This document shows positions 1-14,142 of a stretch of DNA of 64,000 nt, piece after piece. The notes beneath the pieces are model-generated. The model did not search any database. It worked only from the letters and a program-made list of their open reading frames with translations, and was not told the origin of the DNA. The first letter of the stretch is position 1, and each line of letters starts with the position of its first letter. Source of the DNA: Balanoglossus misakiensis. Lineage: Eukaryota; Animalia; Hemichordata. Location of the stretch: the NCBI GenBank assembly GCA_040954595.2, contig CM082595.2, positions 6,686,193 through 6,750,192 of the forward strand, in the 5' to 3' direction. The position numbers were made by a program, and so were the translations under genes.

Positions 1-4
1 TCAG

Positions 5-1068
5 TTGGATCAACCTAGCCTTGGACTTCCCAGCAGGAATTACTATTTGGAGGACGGACGAGACAACAAGGTAAGGTTTAGATGTGGCGGGTGTTTCTTT
101 TTCTACCCAGAATGCTCTGATGTGGGACACGTCATTGCCCAGCGTAAGTTCAGCGCGCGCATGCACAATAAAACGCATGATATAAATGTGCTCACAAATG
201 TCTCGTGCAATTCACAGACGAGGAGTCTTTCTCCTTGTCTGTGGACAATTCGAATTTCTCTCTCCCCAAGTTAGGGCAGTGAGGGCGTTAGATACAGACA
301 GTGAATATACTGGCTATGCATATTCATGACACATGTATCTCTTGCGTTATGAATATGTAGAGTACCACCTTGTTCTAATGAATATTAAACTGTAATCATG
401 CCACACGAGGGCGATGTCTGCTCACCTTTTTTGGTGGAACGGTCTTCAACAAATCCGAAGGCAGTTTCTTCCCACATAGAGTCATGTAACTGTTCCCGGA
501 GACCTTCCGCAACAATTATGAATCCCCGTCAGCCTCTTCTTGTTTTCCTGCTTCACTTCTTGGGCAATCACTGCGTCGTAGGCCTCCGGTCGCAAAACAA
601 CGCCTGCGTCTCGTACTCCACGATATGGCGCAAACTAATGCAAAATAAGCACCTGTTAAAGGCGTCCCTAACCCTCTGATTATCGGCGACCCCAATGCAT
701 TGTGTGCTTCCTGCTTGGCCAGTTTTTTTGCGTTACGCTATTTACAAACCAAAAGAAGATTGACGGAATGAGAAACTGCCAATAAAAGACAGAAATTGCC
801 ATACACCCCCTGCTAACACATATTTTCAAAGCTGTCAGCGTCTTTTAGTACATTACATTGTCGACGATGTCGTGTTATTTTGTACAACGGGCTCATACGT
901 ACTTTCATTTGCAAATTCACTGTTTGTCCATTCTTTTTCAGTATCTCACAGCTTATTTCGATTACATGAAAACGATTGCTGTGATGTTAGGGGCGGACGA
1001 TGCAGAGGCTGAAAATGACTTCAATGATCTGATCGATTTTGAAATTCAACTTGCAAATGTAAGTCTAC

Positions 1069-1101
<33 letters not shown>

Positions 1102-4100
1102 ATGTATGTATGTATGTATGCGTATCAAAGCAGAGGGTTCTAAGTTCGTGACAAAAAAAAATCAATGAGCGGCGAGCATGTGGAAAAAGGGGATCTTTAC
1201 CGCCGTAATTTAACATTTTCTCCCTCTTCATTGTTGATATATTCCAGTTAACAACTCCATCCGATCAACGCCGTGACAACAACGCTCTGTACAACAAAAT
1301 GACAATTGCTCAGCTCCAATATAACGTGACAGATGTAAGTATTCATCCGCACAATGTAATTGTAGTTGCGGAGGTGCCGAAGCACTCCGTTGAATTTGAA
1401 ATTTGACCGGGAATGCAGCCCGTATTTGCCCGGATTGAAGTGGGTATTTTGGCCTGACAATATTCAGAACATAATTAGCATTATTAACACGATACTCAAT
1501 GCAAAGCCAGTCTGTTGTGAAAGCCAACTAAAACACAAGTTGTACTCGCTAACCGAAACGCATATGTACTTACGGAAACTTTACTTCCTCTTCTCTTGTG
1601 ACGCTTTACCACGAGATGCTCAATGTTGTCTTCCTTCAGCTGATTGTCTACTTCCAGAGCTCTGCGACTGCTTTATAACAGACGGCAATTTTTGTTCATT
1701 TCCCATAGTTCAACTGGCTGCACTACTTCCGACAGTTCGGAGCAAGCTGGAGCGCAGGTCTCGAGGAAGACGAAGAGATAGTTGTCTATGAACCCCGATA
1801 CGTGCGAGAAGTCACTGATTTAGTAAACAGCACCCCCAACAGGTACGTTGGGAAATTCAGAACTCTTGCCATTCGATACAGTTCGGTGGCACTTCGGGAA
1901 TGTCCGGGAACTCGAGGCCCCCCAGCACCTCGTTATCAGGAGTGGTCGTCAACCCCAGAACAAATACATAGTTGACGAACATGTTCGGCTGAGACCTAAC
2001 CAGCGACGCTGATTGTTTCTCCGCCTACAGCTAAACAGCTACGGATCCGTAACTTCTGACCTCGGCTGCTGGCTAGTCAGTAGGCCGTTGGACTCGATCG
2101 ACTTGAGGCGATACATAAATACGCCTACAAAAAACTTGACGACCAATCATACAAGGCGTTCATATTTCCTTCGCAGCGTTCTCAGCGAGGCATGCGCGAT
2201 CATGACGAATCTAATTTATTCATTGCGTCTCTGTGTCTGCGGATACTTCCTGTTGACCGTGGGAAATAAACTATAACAATCAAAAAATCAAAATCCATAC
2301 AGTAGCAAAATGTAACTAGTATGTAACCAGTTTGACCTGAGTGCGAGTGCAGCAAGCTATCATATTTATGTATTCAACACCAAGGCTGGGATTGATTTTA
2401 TCAATTTTAGAAGGTGCGCGTGTGTTTGTCATGAGAAATCCGTTCACACGATCATGTTTATATTTCCCCCAACAGGACGATCGCCAACTACATCGTGTGG
2501 TTGATCACCATGAACAGGATCAGTCAACTGAGCTCTGACTTCAGAGCCGTCGAACAGAAATACTACGAGGTCGTCTACGGCACAGCCTCGGAAAGCGCCA
2601 GGTGGCAGACATGCGTCGGTCACGTGAATAACGTCATGGACTTTGCCGTCGGGCGTATGTTTGTGGATGTCCACTACGACGAAGAAAGCAAAGCCCGTGT
2701 AAGTGGATCACTCCCCCCCCCCCCCTGGGTTGGCAGTTTCTGCTCACAACCCGCGATTTTGCCCGGTGATACACCTTAAATGTTGATCAGTTGCCTTCAG
2801 TAACAACGGAATTCATACCTGTGCACACTGTGATGAAAACTGAATAATGATACAAGATGCTAACATGCTTCAAGGAAATTGCAGCAGTTGCAAGAAGCAG
2901 AAGAATTGGAAACGTCAGCTGTTATAGTATAGACTGACTCTGCGAGACGACTCACAAAAGTCGTCAAACCACGCCCCCAACTGAACAATATTAATTTCCG
3001 ATGCAAAACCCATTTAAACGAAGTAATGCAAGGGGTGCAGGCACAAACATACCACCTAAATAATGACTATGACAGAACTAATTTAACAAACGAAAAATAA
3101 TTTCATTTTTTCTTACTTTATTCAATTGTTCATGATTTTGCTTTTTTGCGATTTCTTCTATCACAGACAAATGAAATGATTGACTTTATTGAAACAGCAT
3201 TTTTGGAAATGGTCGACGAGTCAGAATGGATGGACAAAGAAACACAAGTTGTCGCTAAGGAGAAGGTAGGTACATGTACAAAGATATAGAGAGGGGAGGT
3301 CTGCAGACATATGACACTAACTGTAAGATAAAAGCATTTCTCTTTAAGAATTGTGTCTAATGTCTATATATTTTCACTTCACTTACTTTATTTAGGCCAG
3401 AGCCATGTATCGTAAAATTGGTTACCCTGATTGGATTAAAGACGACAGTGAATTGACTGAATACTACCAAAACGTGAGTAGTAAAACTTTTCAGTTTTCC
3501 TGTTTGTACACCTTTAACCTGAGGAGTTTTGTGACATGTGTTGACGTGTATGGGTCACAGAAAGTCATGCGCAGTAAGACATGGACCCTAAGGACGAGAT
3601 GAAAAGTTTTGCATAAACCAAGAATTCTGAATGAAGTAGGATAAAGATGAAAACTGTGTGCTTTTAATCTATTGCAGTACAACTTCGATGCCAGTCAATA
3701 TTTTGAAAATTACCTGCAGTATTTGGAGGAGAGCGCACAGAGAGGGTTTGAAAGTCTCAGGGAGCCCGTGGATAAACTAAGGTAACGCCGAACCGTTCCC
3801 TTACCTTATTTTTAAATAGGGACTGATTTACATAAATTTACATATTTTACATATTATGTACATTTACAATAAGTGAGCAATATCAAAATAAGTCAGTGTA
3901 AGAGTAGGCTTTTAAAAATAAAATGGCAGATAACTCCGTGCTGGCCAACTAGGCTTTATTAGTGAATAAAACAATCTGGGAGAAGAATGGAGAGAAGTAA
4001 ACGTGATCCACATTGCATGATTTGTAAGATTTGTCACTTTTTGTTTTAATTTAAAGGTGGTCTACCGGCCCTGCAATTGTCAATGCATTCTACAGCTCCA

Positions 4101-7019
4101 GCAGTAACAGCATTAGTAAGTATCTACGTCTATCGACAATAAAGACAAACCAATTCTGTACGATCAAACCTTTAATATGGCGCACAAGGCAAGAGAGCGA
4201 ATACAAACAACGAACAAACAGACACAGGTCAAAAGGGTCGCAACACAAACGGTAGTGTGTTGGCGTATGATCTCACCAACACTGCACGCTTTGCATTGGG
4301 CAAAGAATTTGAACGAAATATTTGGCCAAATATAACCCGACACAATGTATCACACTCCTATTTTCTACAAAATTGAGACTTTTGACAGTGTTGACATGCT
4401 GTTACATTTTTCCATTTGCCTTTACAGCGTTCCCTGCCGGCATTCTTCAACCACTGTTTTATCATAAAAATTCACCAGAGTAAGTACCTACGCGTGAATT
4501 GCTTGTTATTTTCATGCCCTAGTAGCATCTAATGGGTACTCTTACAGTCATCCAAATTTAGTCTCAATCTCTATAGTTAGTATGTTAAAGGGACAAAGTC
4601 TCTCTCTTGCTTCCCATTTTTCCATTAATTATGTTTGATACAATACACCATTTATGTTTTTCTACAGTCATGTGGATATATAGTGAATCAACGTTTGACC
4701 ACACACGACTTCCACCCCGTTTGTAGGATATAAGAGTAAAAATCTCGCCAAAATGAATAAATGGTAAAGACTTCTTATTCATTTTGGTGAGATTTTGACT
4801 CTCATATCCTACAAACGGAATGGAAGTTGTGTGTGGTCGAACGTTGATTCACTATATATCCACATGTAGATTAAGGGCCTGGTCAGAATTAACAGGGGGG
4901 GGGGGAGGGCCGGTGCGATTGGGGGGAGGGTCACCATTTCTCATGCAACGGTTTGGGGGAGGGCCGCTACATTTTGGGCACTTGTCAAGGGGAGGGTCAT
5001 TAATTTTTGTGCAAGAAATCGGTGGAGGGTCAGTATTTTTCATGCATGCGGATTTTGAATCGCACCGGCCTTCCCCCCCCCTGTTAATTCTGACCAGGCC
5101 CTAACAAACGGTGTCTTGTATCAAACATAATTAACGGAAAAAGGGCAGCGAGAGTGAGACTTTGTCACTTTAATGTCACTGGGTTGTCCCTTTAAGCAGT
5201 ATGAGAACTGATCTATCCATGTTTATATTATTTGTTAGCGACATATCACCCATCATGGAACACATTTTGAACTTTTGCCCAAGGTTCAAATTTCAACCGT
5301 CGTTTACAAAATTTTGTACTCCACTCCATTTTGTGGTGAGAATATTTATGTCTACCTCAATCCAGAGCTGGCCGATTTCACGCCTTCCTTTTCTTCTGCA
5401 GTTATTTGAATTTTGGCGGCATTGGAATGGTGATCGGTCACGAGATCACGCACGGCTTCGACGACAGAGGGCGCCAGTATGACAAAAACGGCAATCTGGA
5501 ACAGTGGTGGAGTCAAGAATCCATCGACAATTACGTGGACCGGGCGCAGTGCATTGTGGACCAATACGGCGGTTACTACATGGAGGAATGTAACATGACT
5601 GTAAGACCTTTTTTTGGATTTTTCGCCACAGTTTCGCAAAACGCCCCACCCTAACCCTCCCCCCAAAAAACCCTCAAAATTTAATTTTTGCTGATTTTTC
5701 TGTCAATGCATCTTGCATTATTTCATTCTATGCATTTTTGCTTACTTGTATAATATTTGGAAATGTCAACACAACGAACTGCTGTATTTTTGACAGTTTA
5801 ATATAAGTCCGGAGTTAAATCCAACTGTCTCAATCAAACCGGGTATACAAATGCAGGCTAGCACGTTTACGCTGGCAACACACTCAGGGGAGCTTTTTGG
5901 AGTTTTGAGTCAAAATCGCCGCAACGTTACCATAGTAAAGACGAAACGAGCTCTCCTTATCGTTACAGTTGAATGGTGTGCAGACTCAGGGAGAAAACAT
6001 CGCTGACAACGGAGGTTTGAAAGAAACTTATAGGGTAGGTCACACCTCTCTGTATTCCTGTTGCCTATCTGTCTGTCTGTCTGTCTGTCTGACTGTTTGT
6101 CTGACTGTTTGTTTGTCTGTCTAGCTCAACTAAACTAAATAAACGGCAATCAATAGCGAGTTAAATTATTTTTTTGTTATTTTATTATTATGCCCATTAT
6201 TTCAGGGATACCGTAAAATGGTGCATGAGTCTTTAAGTGGCGAAGAAGAGCTTCTGCTGCCCGGCATTGATCTCACACAAGACCAAATGCTGTTTGTTAA
6301 CTTTGCTCAGGTAATAATATAACTTAAATAACTTAAATAATTGAAAGATGACAAGTAAAAATTACCTGGTTACATTACTCGATACATCGAAAGTCTTTAT
6401 CAAACCGAGTTCTAGTCTATAGCTGTTGTTGTAATTTTATTTTGTCTATGTGCCCTTTTACGTTGCTTTCTAGATTTGGTGCAGCAAATATACTGAGCAA
6501 GGTGCAAAAAACAGGATATTAACAGGTGTCCACAGCCCTGGACCCTTCAGGTAGGTTCAATACTGATATGAAACAGAATAGAATATTGTTTACTGGGGCT
6601 CTTTACTTTTGCCGGAGGGTAAGCAGGTGGTGCAAAAATGTACCAATGATAGACAGTGTAACAGAGGTTTTCTTAATTAAATAAATAGAGATTTGTTACA
6701 TGATAAATGTAGTGTTCGGCTAAAAAAAGAATGGGAAAAGTACCAGGCAGAAATTTCAGGTGTGAGGCTATGTTTAAGTTTCCAGTTGTGTGTGTTTGGG
6801 TCATAAAGAACTGGAAACCTGGACTGTACACTTGAGCCCAGTTAAAATCCAATCTGAACATATGCTAATGAACCTTAAAAGACATCGCTGTTTATATGAT
6901 TTTTTCATGGTATCCACAGGGTTCAAGGTCCCATCGCCAACTTACCAGAGTTTGCTGACGTATTCCAGTGCCCGGCATCAAGCCCCATGAACCCCGACGA
7001 TAAATGCACAGTCTGGTAG
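5..7019 (+). CDS. Neprilysin-like M13 family zinc metallopeptidase, 3' part (15 exons, ~521 aa; 5' end outside the window)
   Basis: GT-AG exons 5-70, 942-1058, 1248-1334, 1709-1842, 2476-2698, 3167-3265, 3396-3473, 3678-3781, 4057-4115, 4428-4479, 5402-5600, 5969-6034, 6206-6310, 6474-6550, 6920-7019 splice in frame (1566 nt). Motifs: [35 protein letters not shown] (HExxH), [16 protein letters not shown], terminal MNPxxKCxVW*. VNAFY rather than VNAYY is neprilysin-like rather than ECE-like. Confidence 0.96.
1067..1119. repeat. (TCTG)n/(TATG)n microsatellite
   Basis: Intronic tandem tetranucleotide repeats seen directly. Similar (TCTG)n tracts at ~6066-6122, ~44950-45030 and ~62020-62077. Confidence 0.9.
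4589..5169. mobile_element. Fold-back non-autonomous DNA transposon with TTAA target-site duplication (Kolobok-like termini), interrupted by a nested MITE
   Basis: TTAA at 4585-4588 and 5170-5173. Termini AGGGACAAAGTCTC...GAGACTTTGTCACT. The arms are reverse complements over nearly their whole length, centred near 4765. A right-arm fragment recurs at ~46491-46594. Confidence 0.8.
4875..5101. mobile_element. PIF/Harbinger-type MITE (TAA target-site duplication)
   Basis: TIRs GGGCCTGGTCAGAATTAACAGGGGGGG ... CCCCCCCTGTTAATTCTGACCAGGCCC. TAA at 4872-4874 and 5102-5104. Internal GGAGGG repeats. Confidence 0.85.
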
Positions 7020-8191
7020 ATTAACCAAGATGGCGGCATGTATTGACCTTTGACCCGAGCAACGCAAATCCAATGAAAGGGATGTTATACAACGGACATG
7101 AGTGTCGCGTTATACAAATCACGTGTAGAGGGACTTTCTACAACTATATCATTTTGAATCTAACAAGGATGAAGGATGATACTATTCCGAAATGTAATAT
7201 TATCAGTCAAGTTTTACAGTTTCGTCTCTGAGTCCCCAATCAGTTGTCTCAGATTTGTTTATCAGGTAAAAGCTGTAGTAGTATCATTTTCGATCATTGT
7301 TTTTTAAAAACTGGCCTGAAAATCCTAAAGATAATGTTGTCATTTTTTAAAAATTATATTTTTTTTCCAAAAATCAGTGTATAATCTGTGATATAAAAAT
7401 GAATAGGTGGAACTTTTTACATGAATGAATGTACAGAACAAGTGTCGATTATTATTGTTATTATTATTATTCTTTCAGACTATTTAATTGTTTATTTTTA
7501 AGGAATATTGAACCTTTTCTGTGAAAATATTAGACGGTAATTTTACAGTCTTTCTCACGCACGTTTGTGTACTGTAAATAAATTTACATTGCAAGGATCA
7601 TTGGATATATGTTAGAGTCTGATAAATTCTATATTAATCGTAATGAAAAAAATGTATAATCTTTTATCTCCGATTCAAAGTATTTCCCGCTTCGGGCGCT
7701 CTCCTGATTCGCACGTGTTCGTGAGATGCCCTAATCCAATACGGCGAATTGGTTACAATGTAGTTGTTTTATTTCCCCATAATAACACTGGTTGTCATTG
7801 AATCGCAGATTAACGTGTTGTGATACTTTGCGTGACTTTAACGTTAGTGTAGCAGATATTATTGCATGAATGTACAAAATGTGCACATAGAGTACGTACT
7901 GTTGTTCGTGAAATATGTAGAGATCGGGCAATTTGAGTGACGAAACACGTTATACGCGTTTGAAGATCGTTTCCGGCCGCCATATTGGAATAACTGGGTC
8001 AATGTTCAGATTTCACGTGCCCGGAAGTAGCGTACCACTACCTCCCAAGATTAATCTCCAATTATATGAAGAAATTTTCAGATCAGGGAGTTAACGACTT
8101 AAAACTAAGTGATAACAGCAAATCTCAGGCATTAGCCACTGCACGATGTAGCCTGGTAAAGGCAACATACTCCATTATGATTTTTTAATAT

Positions 8192-8338
8192 CACAAGGAG
8201 CCCAGTCTTCTGGCAAGTTGAGGGGAAACGATTTTATCTTTTTTCTGAAACATCCCTGTTTTTGCTGAATTGGAAAGCTTCAAAAACACAACTATATAAT
8301 ATGACTTCCAACCTAGCTGGTAACCTGGGCTCCTTGTG
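8192..8338. repeat. Short inverted-repeat element (possible old MITE)
   Basis: CACAAGGAGCCCAG (8192-8205) and CTGGGCTCCTTGTG (8325-8338) are perfect reverse complements. No clear target-site duplication. Confidence 0.45.
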
Positions 8339-9891
8339 CCTATTACCCTGACGCCATTACTAGTCATATGATATCAATGTTTGCAGAGTGTAAAATCTTC
8401 AAATACAATTTGCGATTTTATTGATTTTTAGACAGATGTCATATAATTGGCGTGACAGATGTGTTATTATTGTTATCGAATGTTGTTTCAATTCATTAAA
8501 TTGTAAAGATTTATAATTATGCTAGAAATAAATATCTTTAGAACAAATAATCTGAGAATGTAGTAGTTTGCACTCATTTTACTTGAGACCGTTATGATGT
8601 TATGATCAAGACTGTAATCTTGTCGCTTCTATGAAAGTCAACTAAAATTGAAAATATAATTAAAGTTAGGGTACAATGTTTTATCACAGTGATGCTGTCT
8701 CAATATTTCGAGCATCCGAGTAAAGCGGTATTTACATTTTAGCTCATATATTACTAGGGCCGCCATTTTGAAAATAGACCGTCCGGCACAAAAGACATCA
8801 TGCAGAAGCCTCTAGAACAAACATTTCTTGTTTTTTTCCGAAGTTGGCGTCAATAAAAGCCATTGGCCATACAATGCACAAGACACTGGATAACCTGATC
8901 CTCGGATGATTATAAAATCTCTTGAAAATCTGAAAATGACGAATATACAAAATGGCCAAGTACTGACTTCACGAAAGGTCCCCACAAACACCTGTTTTGA
9001 AATCTCCACGTGGTCTTCTTGAAACGACGGGGAATTGCCACAGTGTTGCCATTTATAGGTCAGCACTCCATATATGGTGTCGCATGAATTATATACAATT
9101 AAGAAGTCCAAAGAAGTTCAATAGTCATGTGGACAATGTACCATCCTCGCTATCCCATGGAACAGCCTCAGTAAATACACTGTTCACTGATTTGAACTCC
9201 CACAGCCATTGTGGGACAACCCGGGTCAAAATAGGTTCAAACCGGTACATTGGTATATATAGGGGTACGGTTGAAGAGTTCAGGCGCTCTTAAAATCTGT
9301 AATTATCCTATGTGTTAGAATGCTACTGAATACCTCTGACAGAATACGCCTCAGAAGTCATGCAGTATAGAGGAAATATTCCAATGCAATCGAGTTGAGT
9401 TTTTCTGCAACCCTAAAATTGATTGGTTGACACTACAAACAGTTAGCTAGAACTAGCTATGGGTCAGCACGCTGACAAAACCACTGTATACGTACATCAG
9501 AGCATGCACGTATCTGCAATTGTTTATTCATAAGTTTTTTGTCCGTGCTGCCGTCACGTGACTTCAAGATCACAAAGTTACCGATTGTTCACTTTCCGTT
9601 CGTCACTTGGTTGCTGACAGGAATTTGTACTTGGAGAAGTTAGAGAAAAGTTGGTAAGTTGTTCGCGGCACGCGTATGTCGCTGTTGAAAACACTGATTA
9701 TTGGTTGTGCCACTTTTCGGCCAACCACATATTCTCATTACCCCTTCATTCAAGTTAAAAGTTTTTGTGAACTTTAGTTTGAATCCTTATCTTATAACCA
9801 TTAAAGTTTCTCGCTCATTTTGATCAGGTATTTGTGAAGAACGCGTCTTTTGCCTTTCGAAGTTTGAGAGAGAAATCTAGGAGAGAAAGAC

Positions 9892-11524
9892 ATGTCGACT
9901 TCTCGTGATAGCAGTGAGACGGCCGCCATTTTTGATTTGATCAATGGTTTTATGAAATCAAAGGTAACTATTGGCGTTTGTTATTCATAAAGCAGGTAAG
10001 CTTAAATGTACGCGAGAGAAATTGCATGAGAAAACCGACATTCGAGGAAATTTCTTTCGGTGTGCGGGCGAGTTTTGGCGAAAGGTTTCCACACTTATTT
10101 TTGCTCTGCAAAGAAAATTAGGGCACAACGTGACCCGGTTATTGGGCGGCCCGCCCAAGGTTGCAACCAACAAAGCGTGAGTTTGTGACACAGACAAACA
10201 TCTCCACGCTTCACCTCCGAAAGGCAATGAGCGATATACTGACCCAGACTCTGCAAAGTACGAGTATAGTCGAACTAATTTCCTAATACCTCAATATCTG
10301 GTTGTGTTAAAACAGGTCTTGTTTGTTGCTTGCGAGCTTGGCGTCTTTGACGCTTTGGCAGACGACTCTCAAAAGGGCAAGACAGCTGAACAACTGGCTA
10401 CTGAAATGTCCACAGACGTCGATGCTACTGAACGATTTCTGAACGCGTGTGTCGGTCTCAAACTTCTTGAAAAATCGGTGGTTGATGAGAATAATGGTAA
10501 AAATAATGATCACTTATTATAGGGTTCCTGACCAGATCTTCCGATGCAAACAAGCAATTGCCTCGTTTTTATGAATATAAATAATTAGCATATCAAAAGG
10601 TTAATATCAAATCGACAAACAGTATGTACACCGTCTTAAATTGCAAGATTCGTTCACTAAAATATTTGCAAAATATTATACACATAATGAAATAAATTAT
10701 GTAATTAAAGTGTCTCAAAGGTTGCAGGGACTAACATTCAATCTCAAAATGAATATGCAAGACCTGTCGATATCGATACAGACGCATCTAAAAACTCTAT
10801 AAATAAAAATGCAATATAGATAATATTCAATTTTATAATTAAAGGGATTGGTTTTATTTATGTGCATCAATTAACACACAATTAATGCCCTGTCAGTTAA
10901 TTATAGTCGTCTGCCAATTTTATGAAATCGGAAACATAAATACAAGACTTCATAGACTTTTATGGAAATATTGATTAATTGAACTGTACAAACGGACGGA
11001 TGCTGTAATATCTGCTGTAGCGTTTTGTGAATTATCTTCCAGCTGTATATTCCAACACTGCAACAGCGTCGATGTATCTCGCTACCCAGCCAGAGTCATC
11101 TCTGTCTGGCTGGGTCACGTTCAACAACCGGATTGTCTGGCGTCTCATTGACAACTTGGAGCACGGCGTCAGGGACGGCGTCAACCAAGTCGGCAGAAGC
11201 CTCGGGGTTAGTGAGAAAGAACTCTACCAGAAGTTCTTCGCAAACGACGTCAGTGCGAGAAATTTCACCGGTGGCATGCACGGCCTGTCGCTCGAGTCGG
11301 CCCCGGCTGTGGCCAAGGCAGTTGACCTATCCGAATTTAAAACCGCGTGTGATTTCGGAGGTAGGTACCCAGGATAATAGCAGACTCGGGGTATTATTTA
11401 ATAAAAGCTAATTGTCTAGCTCCTATTCATATTCATTCTTTTCCGTAAAAATGTACATTTATATATTCCCAATAACTTATTAATTAATTAATTAATTAAT
11501 TAATTAATTAATTAATTAATTAAT

Positions 11525-11571
<47 letters not shown>

Positions 11572-11572
11572 T

Positions 11573-11614
<42 letters not shown>

Positions 11615-12751
11615 AATAGAGGCAACGAATGCTATACTGCTCTACTCATGGCAAACTGAAAGTAACTCGCTGGTTTAATAAGTTTAGCTTCATGCATCCT
11701 ACCTTCGTTATTTATTTTGTCGTTTATTTTTCCTTCTACAGGAGGAAGTGGCGCCCTCGCACACGAAATTAGCCGAGTCTACCCGAAGATGTCAATCAAA
11801 GTACTTGAACTGCCGCCAGTTGCCAAGATAGCCCATCACTTTGAACCGAAGGATGGAGTGACACGTAATGTCCAGTTCGTGGCTGGTGACTTCTTCGAAG
11901 AAGAGTTTCCTGAAGCTGACCTTTACATCTTCTCCCGAATTATACACAACTGGAAAGAGGACAGAATTGGTCAACTACTGAAAAGGACGCACAAAGCGCT
12001 GAAACCAGGTGTGTTATATATCATCATGTGTTACAACTTATTTAAAAACTAGATTCCAATTATATCGTTTCTGAAATGATATAATAAGTATCTAGATCCC
12101 AGACTAGCACAATTAAGAGGTGCACTCCTATAAAAGATGAACTTCTACATTGTATGGAAAATTGTCGACCCAGTCGATCGTCTCTCCAGTTAGTACGCTT
12201 ACAAAGATCACGCCAATTATAACTCAGCATATATATGCGGTTCTAAAGTAACTTTTCTCCAATGATAATAAAAAGTTTTGATCAACGTGCAAAATTTTTA
12301 AATGAAAGAGCAACGTTTCTCATATGAGAAAATTCAAAATGGCTGCCACTCTCCGTGTTCGCTCTATTGAGAAAATATAAAGTGGTAATTTTTATGAAAA
12401 CAAGACGGTGAACACCATATTTCCTTCGTTGTTTACCAAAAGAATCCTCATACACTGTAATATAAGCTAAAGGATTGGTGGGCTATTACTTTTCTGAGAA
12501 TCTGTTCTAGATCTGTTAACTTGCTTCTTATCATAGGAGGAGCTATTCTTATCGTCGAGACTGTGATGGATGATGGTAAAACAGACCTTGCTTCTCCATT
12601 GATGATGTGCATGATGATGCTGGTTGGCACCGAAGGACGGGAGAGGTCTGGAAAGGAGTACAGGCAATTGCTTGAAAAACATGGTTTTGAAGACATTCAA
12701 GTCAAACGTACAGGGTTCTCAGCAGATGTGGTTTTTGGAAGACGATATTGA
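9892..12751 (+). CDS. ASMT: Acetylserotonin O-methyltransferase-like class II SAM-dependent O-methyltransferase, copy 1 (~350 aa)
   Basis: Coding exons 9892-9963, 10316-10496, 11043-11360, 11742-12008, 12537-12751 (1053 nt, in frame). N-terminal dimerisation domain (SKVLFVACELGVFD), SAM motif DFGGGSG, GDFF, ADLYIFSRIIHNW, C-terminal EGRERSxxEY. Probable non-coding first exon with donor GTAAGT near 9654. Orthology to vertebrate ASMT is not established. Confidence 0.92.
11478..11614. repeat. Compound microsatellite (TTAA)n-(TTTA)n-(TTAG)n
   Basis: Three contiguous tetranucleotide arrays in an intron of O-methyltransferase copy 1. Confidence 0.93.
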
Positions 12752-14142
12752 TTTATTTCTCAACTGCACATCACAGGATCCTGACGAGGGAATTAATGTT
12801 TGGCTGCCAAGCAGTTATATTGAAAATTATTTTTTCATTAACATGTTTCTTTTTAGAATTGTATTCGATTGCGGTGACAAGATGGGATATCAATATTACA
12901 ATGAATTATGTGGTGATTTATTTTTTATATTAAATATCTGTTAACAGAATATTTTTATAATGTTGTAAGGCAACGTCTATTAAAGCCCGATTAATAAGCT
13001 CGCAATAGGTAACAGTTCCACAAAAAATGCATGTCCGTATGTCGCATCATAAATGTAAAAAAGATGGTTAAATCTGACTGCCAATCGTCTTCCACACAAT
13101 CTTGCATGATCTAGTTGTATCTGTAGCAACAACATTGACACACAACATTGCTCAATAAAATTTACATGTGTTTTAACATGCAAATGAGTAGTTACTTGAC
13201 CATGTATTACTGAAGGACTCAACTCGTCTCAGCAATCATGTGAAAGAAATGTGTGTCAAGGTCTTTCAAGCTTGAAGTATCAATTCTGGATATATTGAAG
13301 CTGATTTATTAAACGTAACCTTGCGAAGTAGCGATAAACTGCGCGTGTAATGTTAATATCCATTGTACCTTTCAATATGCAGTGAAACCCGTCTATTAAG
13401 GACCTCTGGGACTAGAAAATCTGTTCGTTATAGGCAGGAACGGTGTAAACGTTTCCTAGGCTTACGAATCCAGAGCACCGCGTGAATATATTATCGAGAA
13501 GTGGTTTCAAATTACAGTATTGATCTCGCGTTCAGAATTACGTGCAGGTCCTCCGAGCAGACTGCAACCACGGTCACGGTCACTCTGAGCTCGCACTGAA
13601 CTGTGGGAACATTTAGAGCCTCAAACATGTCTGCTGTGAATATCATTGCTCCAGCGGCAACATGTTTTTGATCTAGATACGGTACTTGACTCCGGCTGGT
13701 CGATTTCAAAATCGTGTTTTCAACGTCGAAGGTATTTAGCGATTGTGTGGTATTTGATATCGTTTGATATTTTATCCTACATGTTTGATATTTGAGGTGA
13801 TATATCGCTTTTAACCGGCTTCCACGGCCCAAATGGAATCCATTACAACATACATTTCTTTTATTATACTAAAGACGTAGTCAAAGTGCAGCTCGACGTT
13901 GCCTCGACCTATTTGAGTGACCTGGTTTTTGTGTGACCTAGTTGCCTCATTTTAAGGTCACATACGTACAGTTACTATAGTCTCCCTCTCTCTCTCTGTC
14001 TTTCCATCTATCTATCTGTGTCTGTGTGTGTCTCTCTCTCCGTCTTTCAGACTGACTGACTGCCCCCCCCCCCCCTCTCTCTATCTTTCCCCCTTCACAC
14101 ACAGGCACGTTTTCAGGGCGAATAATCTTGAGAACGAAAGAT

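Noticed and set aside
12110-12450. Transposon-like stretch in an intron of O-methyltransferase copy 1 (AAATTCAAAATGGCTGCC...)
   Set aside because: No matching termini or target-site duplication found in the window, so it cannot be delimited.
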